A program made the position numbers and the translations under genes. From Phoronis australis (taxonomy: Eukaryota; Animalia; Phoronida): DNA of 64,000 nt. The stretch's first letter is position 1. Each line of letters begins with the position of its first letter. The notes below the pieces were generated by a model that saw only the letters and a list, made by a program, of their open reading frames with translations, did not search any database and had not been told where the DNA came from. Of this stretch, positions 11,336 to 22,500 are shown piece by piece. The stretch lies in the NCBI GenBank assembly GCA_002633005.1, contig NMRA01000131.1, positions 46,296-110,295 of the forward strand. The letters run 5' to 3'.

Positions 11336-13033
11336 TACGTGCCCTACAATATACTTAAAACGACTCTAATTCATCGTATTACCAATATTTATTATTGAAA
11401 GCAATGTGTATTTCCCGTACAGAGACGTGAGCTCTGCGTAGAGGCCATTAAGCATATGCATCCGATTGGCCTTATACGTTTACAGACGAGTTTAGCTGAG
11501 TTGTCACAGCTCGTGACACAAAGAGAGGTTAGTTTAAAAAGGTTCTTCATATCAGGTAAGACAGGCATATGTGGAACATGAGGGAACATTTATGTCAACT
11601 CGGCTGGTTCCATGAAACTAATTATGCAGTTTTTCACACAAGTTCTGTTGTTGCAGCAACGAGGCAGTGCACGCTGAAGTGATCTTTGTGGACGTCTCGG
11701 CTTTGTTTTCATTAAATTACATAACGAGTAATTTGCCAAAAGATCGAGTGAACGGCCATCAGGAGCAGCAGACGAAATTTCAATTGCACATGAGAGAACT
11801 CCTTCACTAACGTTTGAGTTTTGTAACCCAGCGCCTAAGCGAACGCAAGCCGGACTGTGACTAACCTGTCCTAATCGATTCCCAAATTAATGCTGGTGGC
11901 TTAGCCGCGATTCTGAAGAAACCCTGTTCGTTAATTTCTCTTATAATGCATCGATTTTAAAAATTCAAAGACGGCTTCTACTTATTTTTCAATTAAAAGA
12001 ACAGATCGTTTGTCTTACATGTTGTTCTTTTTGACTTTGAAACTTGTATGCCAAACAGGAGTGTTGATTTACTACCGCCGCTTACCTCATCCTACACGTT
12101 AAGCCATGAATAGCGACTAGCTCATTTCAATCCGTGACGGCCTCATCAAGCCTTTGATTTGTGGAGGAATTCGCTGGATACTCTCTGGTAAACCCTGCAT
12201 GCTTTTTCGTCCACTTGCGTGCAAATCCTGCCAGTGTATTATTTGCAAGCACAGTCTTGCTCCCAACAAAAAAACTCGCTTCATACCTGGGATGATAAGA
12301 ATAAGGTGATTGAATAAGAACTTCGATCTAAATTTTCCAGTGTTTTGTATAGCTCCAAGTAAAACAAAATAATTTCGCCGAAAATATTTGATTTTTAGCT
12401 GATCTGCAAAATCGATTAAATAAACGACACTTGTCCTTATTAAAAATCTTTGTTCCGTTCCGTTCGTATCATCGGAACAAAGTTCCACACAAAACAGAAC
12501 ACTGGTGAAGCAACTGACCAAGAGACATGATTAAAAACACGATATTTCGAAACATACTTGTTTCATTCTCAAGTGGAAATAAAATGACGCAGTAATTCCA
12601 CCACAGAACATACGCTGAAGACAGACATGGCGGAACACAGCAGGTGTGAAATACTGCAAGGAACTTGTGACAAATGAAGGAGGGTAACAGGAAAGTCACG
12701 CAAACAAGTGTAACGTGCGGCGCGACCGTTTGCAGCTCATTCAAAACGGGCTCCTCAAATGCAATCAAAAAAGCCTTCAATACTTTCACTCGCAGCACGT
12801 GCTCTACGTAGCTGATCGAAAAGGCGGCAGATTAGAAATAGTTTCTAACCATAAAGAGAGGTCTTCATAAAATTTGAGATGTGCAAAAATACCGAGTAAC
12901 ATGTAACGTTTATGGACCCGTATGTCTTATAACAGATTATGCTGTGCGGGTGCCATAATTAGGAATATCATGAGCAGCTGCCTACAATCACTCCCTTGAT
13001 TTCTACGGTGACAGAATATGCATGGTACAGTAG

Positions 13034-13147
13034 TATCGTTGGCCAAATGGGAGAACGTTACGCACATAAATTACGTGCGTAAGTTAATTCTTGTTAGAGG
13101 CGTAAAGTAATTTACGTGCGTAGCGTTCTGCCATTTGGCCGACGATA
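13034..13147. mobile_element. Small palindromic MITE upstream of the rost-like exon
   Basis: TATCGTTGGCCAAATGGGAGAACGTTACGCAC... / ...GTGCGTAGCGTTCTGCCATTTGGCCGACGATA inverted repeat of ~40 bp. Confidence 0.75.
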
Positions 13148-13340
13148 TGGCAGTTATTCTCATGTTGATTAATCGGGCAATCTATGGTTTTATTGATGTG
13201 TTTAGTTACTTTTTGTTGCACATTAAGCGGCCCCATTGAATGGAGTATATATTCTAGAGTAAGGCATGTCAGCAGTTACCACTGTTCTTTTGCAATTGGA
13301 CCGAAACAATTAACTGGTTTTGTGCGTTGGTTTCTTACAG

Positions 13341-15074
13341 GACGCCAAGATATTGAAATGGTGTACTCGGAGCATGTTGACTGACAGACCGTTTTTATGG
13401 AATTTGGATCAACCTCTACCTGAACCGGTAAAGTTTGAGGGTTTAAGGGAGGAGTTTCGACTCAGGAAACTGGGCTTTTGTATCACATTTGATCCTAAGT
13501 GGTTTGCTGGATGCCAGTGGCCCATTCGAGAGTGGCTGTTTGTTGCTTATCGCGCAGGTTTTCTTTCTTACCTGTTGAGTTGGGTGATCGTGTCTATAAA
13601 CGAGTGGAACAATCCAGAAGACGAGCAAGGCTGGAAGTGGTTCCTTACCCTTGAACATTGGTCGGCTTGTCTCTTACTCGTTTACCTGTGCTCTTCCTTA
13701 GTATTACTATGCGTCAAACTGGTACGGAGAATGATTATAAGAAGGAACGCGAGAGCTGTGACGGCGTTAGGCACTGAATGCCTACCTAACGATGATAGCA
13801 CCGACAGGTGGTCCTTAGAACCATCTATCAGGGACAGTGAATTGAAACAAAATCGAGTCGACGTAAACCCTCTAACTGAATCCATAGCAGTTTCCTTTGA
13901 GCAATCAAGTGACGACGGGTTTATTGGTCACATACTAAACACTTTCAGCCATTCAAAAGACAAATTGGCGAAGTTCCCTTCCCCACTTGAGCACGGTATA
14001 ATGACGAATGCTCAAGGCAGCTACCCGATTGACCTACAGGAGCGAAATTATTACGATAAGTATAGAAAGCGAATGTCCATTGGATCGGATGGGAACGAGA
14101 TAAGCAAGCTAAGTTTGGGTGGCAGTGCAAAGACAGTCGCGACAAAGGCACACGGGATACAATTAGGGCAGAATTTAGAAGTTGGTCCTACCCTCGCTTT
14201 CAGCACTGAGGCTAAATATATTAACAAGAGCGAGCCGCAAAAATCTGAAACCCACGATGTTCGATCTCAACTAAAACTGGACAGAGACAGCAAAGTGAAG
14301 ACCGTCAATCTTGGTGACGACGTTCTTGCTTACATCACACCGGATTCCATAGACAGCAATAAGTCGGGACGATCACATGTTAGACGAAAGAGTATTGGGG
14401 AAAAAGAGAATAAGAGACGGCTTTCATTCACCAGGACGGATACACCGACTATTTATGAAAGTTTTATGGACACTGACGTACCTTCCAGTGGTTCGCAGCT
14501 GAAGACGCGAAGAGCTTGCAAAAAGGATGAAGTGCTTATATTGTCGTCGCTGCCTGTTCATCTTAAGGCGATTTGGTTTTTGTATTCCGTGAATGTTAAC
14601 ATGGCCATGACGGTTACATTTCTATACTGGACAAATAAGCACGAAACAGGAGATAATTTAGATGGGGACAGTCCAACGTACTACGGGATGAACGTATTCA
14701 TTATGCTTGTTGACACAATGATGATCCGAGTACCGTTTTACTTTCTACACGTCTTGCACTTGCATGGTGTAGTGTCCGTTTACATCATATTCAGCATCAC
14801 TTACTCCGTGTTAGGCTACAAGGACATGTCTGGAAATCAATATACCCACAATGCGTTCGACTTCGTAGGATTTCCAGTGGAAGCTGCCATACACTGTGTG
14901 TTGGTATTAACTCTTTTGATACCTTCCTGTGGCTTGGTTAACCTTCTGTTCTATAAACTTCGTCTTCATTTATACGCCAGTCTTTATCAGTCAAGAAAGT
15001 GTGTGCCCAAGCCTATACTTGAAGCAGAGCGACTGCGATTGTTTAGCACTTCCAGTCAGAATAGTGGAAACTAA
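13341..15074 (+). CDS. Rolling stone (rost)-like multi-pass membrane protein with a long hydrophilic insertion; single coding exon
   Basis: Open frame following acceptor TTTCTTACAG (13340); first ATG 13374 gives 566 aa. Family-like motifs: LREEFRLRKLGF..DP..F..CQW, AYR, KWF...WS, LK.IWFLY, TVTFLYW, N.FIMLVD....VP...LH, YIIFS..Y...G..D..GN.Y. Confidence 0.85.
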   Translation, partial: DAKILKWCTRSMLTDRPFLWNLDQPLPEPVKFEGLREEFRLRKLGFCITFDPKWFAGCQWPIREWLFVAYRAGFLSYLLSWVIVSINEWNNPEDEQGWKWFLTLEHWSACLLLVYLCSSLVLLCVKLVRRMIIRRNARAVTALGTECLPNDDSTDRWSLEPSIRDSELKQNRVDVNPLTESIAVSFEQSSDDGFIGHILNTFSHSKDKLAKFPSPLEHGIMTNAQGSYPIDLQERNYYDKYRKRMSIGSDGNEISKLSLGGSAKTVATKAHGIQLGQNLEVGPTLAFSTEAKYINKSEPQKSETHDVRSQLKLDRDSKVKTVNLGDDVLAYITPDSIDSNKSGRSHVRRKSIGEKENKRRLSFTRTDTPTIYESFMDTDVPSSGSQLKTRRACKKDEVLILSSLPVHLKAIWFLYSVNVNMAMTVTFLYWTNKHETGDNLDGDSPTYYGMNVFIMLVDTMMIRVPFYFLHVLHLHGVVSVYIIFSITYSVLGYKDMSGNQYTHNAFDFVGFPVEAAIHCVLVLTLLIPSCGLVNLLFYKLRLHLYASLYQSRKCVPKPILEAERLRLFSTSSQNSGN

Positions 15075-15229
15075 AAATATACTTTCCTCGTCAAACCCTT
15101 TTAATACGTATAATTTATATCGCCTTTATACATACGTAACGCGTTATTCCTTAATTTATCCTCCACAGTGTATCTTCGTAGTTATGTATATCCATGAGCG
15201 TTATCACCCCTTACACAGAGTCACCACTA

Positions 15230-15356
15230 AGACCGAGCTTATAGAAGAGCAGGAGACACCTCTGTGCATTGTTCCATTGTCTGCCAGTGTTAACCACGAT
15301 TTGAACGTGTCAGGGTCCTAACCAGAGTTCGGTGCTCAAACCACTAAGCTACACTG
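15230..15356 (-). mobile_element. tRNA-derived SINE fragment
   Basis: Minus strand reads CAGTGTAGCTTAGTGG (A box) ... GTTCAAATC (B box). The 3' boundary is approximate. Confidence 0.55.
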
Positions 15357-15929
15357 TATCTCTCTACCCCAAAAATATAAAAGAGACAACAGTTATTGAT
15401 TGAGATAGGGCTCTACATGTTGGCTTTTCATGGCGTGTGATTTTATGCGCCGAGCAAGGTCCCAAAGAATAACGTGTTGTCAGCTCTTTGCAGACCAAAA
15501 GCCACTTCCATCGGAAGTCCGCTTCCTGCACTGAACGGTGGTTTATAGCCATAAATACATCAGGACCTTCGTCTTCATCATACTAACAGTAAAATGAAGG
15601 AAATTAAAATCCGAGCTGCAAACCCCCAAGTTGGCACAATTTAAAAATAAAAATTAAAAATCAGACAAAACTATTAGAAAAATAAATTAGAAGAGTACAA
15701 TCAATTCACCGATGAAATAAAGAAGTGGTTACTAATTTGCGTTGTCCGAAATATTGTAAAAAGTTTTACGTACCTGAATTTGACATTTAGTATGAGAAGG
15801 ACCCTCGTTATGCGCGGAGCCCGAACTTGTAGCTTAGTTAACTTACTGGATAACCCCGCACCGGCTGTAGACCTAAATGACTCGTGTTGGTGACCTTGCG
15901 TCCGTCTCTCCCTTACAAATCAGCTTTGC

Positions 15930-16210
15930 CCAGTGCCACCGTTTCAACTAGCACTAGTTGAGACGGTGGCCATCCCTTACGCCTGAAGCTTTTCAACGAA
16001 TTATGCCTCACGCTGATTAAGTTTTCAAAGTCACGTTGCTTTTAAGTACCTTTCGCCCATAGACAGCCGTCAGTGTCTTTAATTTCTTCCAACTTGAACA
16101 AATGTTCCCGTAATCAAACTTTTTTTCGAGAAGTACTTCGCTCAGTCGCCCAAATCGGAAACTGGCCATTTTTGCACTGCTCGCGCCAGGAGAAGTGACG
16201 TCATATCCAA
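15930..16210 (+). mobile_element. Relative of the 8903-9855 element TIR with a different terminal hairpin
   Basis: Colinear with ~8965-9235 (GAAGCTTTTC..CGAATTATGCCTC, TTCCAACT.GAACAAAT); preceded by hairpin GCCACCGTTTCAACTAG-CA-CTAGTTGAGACGGTGGC. Confidence 0.65.
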
Positions 16211-19200
16211 GCGCGCAAATTTCAAGATGACGATCACAACGTTGTTTTGTTAGATGGGAAATGTGTTATGATGTTGCGATGTCTTAACTAGTTAACCCGA
16301 CGGAACCAAAAAAGTTAGTCAACCATTATGAAATTCGATGTCGCGCATTATTACTTAACGGCCATAGTAAAAACTCAACTCAAAATCCACATTTTTCAAA
16401 ATTGAATAATCTTGTAATTTGAAATAAAAAAAAAATTAAAAAATTTTCGAGTTCTGTAAATTTGTCAATGTCGTCGAACAACGCCAGCTCTCGGCAAACT
16501 GTGTCTAACTCCCTTAAAAGTTACGGTATTTTAGTAAGACAGGTCCCAGAAATCGATTTACAGTCGGATCTTCACTACTTCAAATAGAGCTAAAGCAGGT
16601 GCTAACAAATACATGGGACTACTAAACAAAGTGTTGTGCTAATGGGATATTTAACTTTAATGTTTAAATTTGAAAGAAATAATATGACGCAAATGTTTCT
16701 GTGAAATCTGAAACTTTACTATGCACTTATGCAAATTCGAGCATGTTTCATTTTTACTTTTAGACTAAAAAGTGGTCTTCGAGAGCGTTTACAGAAACAA
16801 ATAGCTGATGATTTTTACTAGGGTGAATAAAATTGAAAAACTTGAATTTTGCTCGCCCATTTACACGGCTTTTTTCCTCGTGCCTTGTTTCATTAGGGTA
16901 ACGATGACATATTACCATACTCATTTACATAAAAAATAGTCTCGCAAAACGAGAATTTCGCGAAATTGCAATGGTAACTTATTCTCGGATGGTTTCCAGC
17001 ACACCGGAAGACCTGAGATTGTTTGTAAACGAGTATTTCATTTGTGTATTCACAACTTAATGAGACATAGCATTTTTAATGTGTGTTGCGTACAGCCTAT
17101 GACTCTCTGAGAATGCCCAACTGATTTGATTTTTGATCGATAAAATAATATTTACCAACAAATGTGTTTGGAAACAGTAACTTGTGAAAATAGACTGGAT
17201 AAAACACTGCCAAAACTGCAATGATCTCCATTTCAGTGATTTGTCGTAAATACATAAATTATATGTCAGACTAAAAGTTGTGACCTTGTCCGTCAGAAAA
17301 CAAGATTGCCAGTGGGCAATTTTTAATATGTGATCAAGTAAATTACACTAGTAATAGGATTGAATTATTTTAATTTCAAGAGTAAAGGATCATAGAAATC
17401 AAAAAGCATAATGTTTATTGACAGTTAAGTCTGACCCTGGTTGGCAAATTACACAAGAAAGCCAACAACTCTAACCCATGTAGGTTTAATTCACGAACTT
17501 AAGTTATGCCAGCTTTGCCTGCTTTTAAATCAGATAGCTTAGAAGAAAAGAAAGAAAGGTATAAATAAACGGCTGCAAACATCATCCAGAGACTTTGCAG
17601 AGCAAACTTTCCAGTCGAAGAATCGTCTTCATGCCCGTGGCCATGGGGGCGGGCGAGGTTTCGATCGAAGTCCAACCCAGCATATTCGTTAGGGACAGAA
17701 AATAGGTGAACAACAATAACAAAATTGTTGCATTACTGGTAATACTAATCAGAATAATAACCAAGTTAGTAATTATTTCAAATTTGCTTCTGCTTCAAAG
17801 CATTTTATGTAATCTCATCGGGGCGTACCGGGACAAATTCGCCAAGTGGTGTTTGCGTAGATCACAGGATCGTACAGACTTATTAAAGGAGGACACTTTA
17901 TGTTATGGCAGTCGTAACCCATCGACTAACTCCATTGAACGCGCCTGGTGACTACACCATAGGTGACAATGGCCTAGAAGTAAATGTTTATACCTACACT
18001 AGCCGCTACCCGTGAGCAGCTAGTATAACGGAAATGCCGAAGAGAAATGATACACGTTCAAATCAACATTTAGTGTTGATCGCAAAAGACAGCGATATTT
18101 CTTTAAGAGACTGTTTTATTTTAAAGCTTCAATCGAAATTCTGTGAAAGTTAGTCAGGGTTCGCGGCTGCGGGATCCTTTCCCCAGGCTGTACAAATATT
18201 TTTTCTTTCCAGAACATTTTACCCTGCCTTACGATAAAAGTGAAAACTAAGGAAGTATTTAAAAATACTGCCATTGTACACAAAGTATATCATTACAAAT
18301 GCCACATCATCAATGTACATACTAAGGTAGAAAGCCAGGCATAGCTGTATGAAAACTATCGTTAACTTACAGCCAGGTAGCTGTGTGTTGAGCTCCGTTA
18401 AACACCAATACTTCACACAACCCGGGAAACTCAGCTTGTCACCTTGTCGTAAACTTATATCGAGTCAACATGTAGAGCTAACGACCGGCGTGGGTGCATG
18501 CAGAATTCAGGAATTAACCTACACTAACCTTGTCCGTTACAACGGTTTAAGTGAACAAAAATATAATAAACGTCACTTTTGCGTAATTCCTCGCATTTTG
18601 TAACAAAGAAAAGTCTGTCGTTTTGAAAACAATGAGCTCGTTACACGCGCACGCGCCCTACTTAAATTTTGCGATATCTCTTGGGACTGAGATGATGACT
18701 GAGATGATGACAGCTTCGCAACAAATTGGGTTTGCTGGAAATTAAAACGCTAAAATGTTGTAACGAAATGAAACCAGTTCCGATTGTTATGACATGTACG
18801 TAAGGTGGAAGAGAAGAACAGTAAGTTGATTGAAGAATCGGGAAAATTGGCCAATAGGTGACGCAATGGCGCCGAAAGCCGACCCAAAAGAACCCACTGC
18901 AGCACAATTTTAGCAGCAAAATAACGGTAGAACGCAAATTTTTCCAACATTGGTATATATTCAAGGAAATAGTTTTTTAATGTCATCATTAATTTTGGAG
19001 GCGCCAGGGCCGAAGAAGTATATATGTGACTTAAGCCCCAGGGAGTGAAATTAAGCCGACTGCCTGACGTCATCAAGGCCAGTACAAAACTAGCAACCCT
19101 CCCTCCGCATCCGCGAAAAAACGGTCCGAGAGAAAAATTAGAACATCTCGAATATAAATAGAGGGCCGGTGCACTACCTGAGACCAAGTCGGTGCCGAAA

Positions 19201-19522
19201 CGGACGCAACGAAGGTATGTAGTAGAGCGGGGGAGACGGAGTTTGTACGAACGATGCATTTTATATAATACTCGTTACCCGTGCTTAAGCACGGTTAGCA
19301 GCTATGGTGTATGGGAAATGTCTTCAAGTGAAATCAGTGTTCATCGCAAGAGACCGGGACATTTCTTGAAGAGACCGTTTTATTTTAAAGTTTCACTAAG
19401 AATTTCTGTTCGCAGATTTAGGCAGGGTGTGCAGCTGCGGATTCTTTCCCCAGGCAGTAAAAATATATTTTTCTTTCCTGAACATTTTCGCCAGCTGTAA
19501 CATAACGTACGGTAATCAGCTA

Positions 19523-22500
19523 TGTAGGAACAACAACGCTGATGGAACCGGAACTCAATATATTTATCTCCAAGTCTAAATGGCTATAATACTACATCTC
19601 CTCCCAAGATAGTTTAAGAATATGTGTAAACGCTTTAAGCAATAAATGTCTTGAACTATGTTAATGTCTTAATCACTAAGCGCTGAAAATTAATCAAATG
19701 CTCAGAGGTTCAGGCGATCCACTGGTTTTATAACCCGTTGAGAACGTCGTAGTTGTTGGGTCTGTGGGGTGTCTACGGTAGGTGGGGTTGATGCCGGGTT
19801 TGAAAATGGGTTGGGGGTCGTCTCTTTTGGTGTAAAATTCTCCTGTGAGGCACTTTTCATATTTTCGGTATGAATCAACGCTGACCGGTTACGGCGAATT
19901 GTAGCACCGGACTCTGTGACGACAAGGTAAGATCTCGGGTTTGTCGAACTCTCTTTCACTTCGCCGTGTTTGTCTTGATCGCGCACCCAGACTTGGTCTC
20001 CAACACCTAATACTGGTAGGGACATAGTTCGGTTTCTGTGGTCGAAGTTTGCTTTGTTCTTTGAGTTAACCCGAGTTTCTTTCGCCCTTACGGACTGATC
20101 ATCGATAGAATTGTGAAGGAGTGTCTTAGGCATGATCGGCAAAGTTGTTCGGAGCCGTCTGGATATGAGTAGTTGACTCGGAGACTTTCCATTGTGAATA
20201 GGCGTCGATCTGTATGCCAGGAAACCTAGGTGAGGATCAGTATTTTTTTCAATATGTTCTTCGCAGTTTGGACTGCGCGCTCGGCTTAGTCCGTTGCACT
20301 GAGGGTAGAGAGGTGAGGATGTCACATGAACGAAGCCGTAGTCTTTGGCAAACATGTCAAAGCTTTCACAAGCATACTGGGGGCCATTGTCGGATATAAC
20401 AATGTCTGGTATTCCATGTGTACTGAATATTGACTTGAGTGCTTCAATCGTGTGTTGCGCAGTTGTCTGGCTAAGTCTTCGAACTTCGATCCATCTGGAG
20501 AAGTAGTCTACTACAAGGATATAGTGTTGTTTGTTCAGTTCGAACAAGTCGGTTCCAATTCGTTCCCAGGGTCGGGAAGGAAAAGATGAAGGCAACAAGG
20601 GCTCCTTCGTCTCTGGTCTGTGAAGAGCGCAGGTTAGGCACTGTTTACACATTGCCTCAATCTGTGTACTGATGCGTGGCCACCAAACAGATTCCATGGC
20701 TCTTGCTCGGCACTTCGTTATCCCTAGATGACCTTGGTGGATTTGGTTTAGCACCTCAAACTGCATCGACTGGGGAATAACAATACGGTCGTTGTACATC
20801 AGTAGTCCATCTATGACGGTGAGATGTTGCTTTTTCTCGTAGTAAGGTTTCAGTAGCGTATCTGCAGAGAAAGCAGGCCAACCATTTTGGCAGTACTTGA
20901 TGACTTCACCACATGTTGCATCGCTACGTTGTGCTTCTTTGATCTGATTCAGACGACCTTGTGTTGCAGGTAAGTATTTGACTGTATACTCAGCTTGATC
21001 TTCAACTTCGTCTAGGAATATCTCATCAGGAACTGAAGGTTTGTCAACCGGAGCTCGGGACAAGGCATCTGCAATCAGGTGGTTCTTTCCTGGAACGTGG
21101 TTTATCGTGGGGCTGAATTTCATCAAACGGAGACGGAAACGTAGCACTCGAGGTGGCATCTTAGACAAGTCTGTTGATGACAGTAGAGGCACTAGTGGTT
21201 TATGGTCGGTCTCCAGGGTAAACTTGAGTCCAAGAATGAAGGTTGAGAACTTCTCGCAAGCCCAGGTAGCTGCTAGTGCTTCCTTTTCTATCACTGCATA
21301 ACGTTTCTCCGTGTCGTTAAGTGATCTGGACGCAAAGCATACTGGTCTTCTGTTACCACCAGAATCAATTTGGAGCAATACAGCACCAATGCCGTACTGG
21401 CTTGCATCAGCTGCTACTATGGTCTCACGACTAGGGTCGTAGTGGGCCAGTGTGACTGTTGAGACGAGTGCTTCTTTTACTTGTTGAAAGGATCTTTGTT
21501 GAGGTTCATCCCATTGGAAGGCTTGGTCTTTCCTCAAGAGTTGTCTCAGGGGTTCATTCAGCTTCACCAGATTAGGTAGGAATTTCGCCAGCTGGTTCAC
21601 CATGCCATTAAATCTTTGAAGCTCAGTCACATTTGTGGGCACAGGGAAATCTCTAACTGCTTGCGTCTTTTCTGGGTCAGCCATTATCCCATCTGAGCTG
21701 ATAAGGTGTCCCAGGAACTTGATCTTTGATGTGGAAAACTCACATTTGTTGTTCAGGGTCAGGCCTGCAGCCTGTAGACGCTGAAGTACTGAACGGACTC
21801 TTTCGTCGTGTTCTTTTTGAGTGCTTCCATAGATGAGTATGTCGTCCATATGACACAAGGTACCATCTAGACCTTCAAGGATCGATGACATCGTACGTTG
21901 GAAAATCTCTGGGGCAGAGCTTATTCCAAAGGGAAGTCTGTTAAACCTGAAACGTCCAAGGGGACTGATGAAGGTTGTTAGGTCTTTGGATGCTTCATGT
22001 AGAGGAATCTGCCAGAACCCTGAGTTGGCATCTAATTTCGAGAAGATAACTGGCTTACCGCAACTAAGACTGCTCAGACTGTCCTCAACAGATGACATCG
22101 GGTGAACTTCACGCCTCACGGCTTTGTTCAGTGGAGTAAGATCTACGCAAATGCGCACTCGGCCATTGGACTTTGGGATGCACACCATGCCGGAACACCA
22201 TTCAGTAGGATGGGTAACCTTGGAAATAATGCCCTGTCTTTCCATAGACTCTAACTCTTTTTCCACCTGCGGAAGCAAAGGGTGGGGCACACGTCTGGCA
22301 GTGTATAAACACACAGGGTTGGCGTCAGGTTGAAGACTTATCTCGTAGGGTGTGGTCAAACAGCCTAGACCTTGAAACAGCTTCGGGAACTCCCCACGAA
22401 AATCTGGTTTTGCATCTACCTCATAGACAGATGCTGAAGGTATCAAAAGCTTGAAGTGTTCACAGGCACGTTTGCTTAACAGGTTTAAGCGTTGTCCTTT

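Noticed and set aside
12117-12798. 134-aa and 109-aa minus-strand ORFs
   Set aside because: No recognisable domain; they overlap a duplicated segment whose other copy does not keep the frames.
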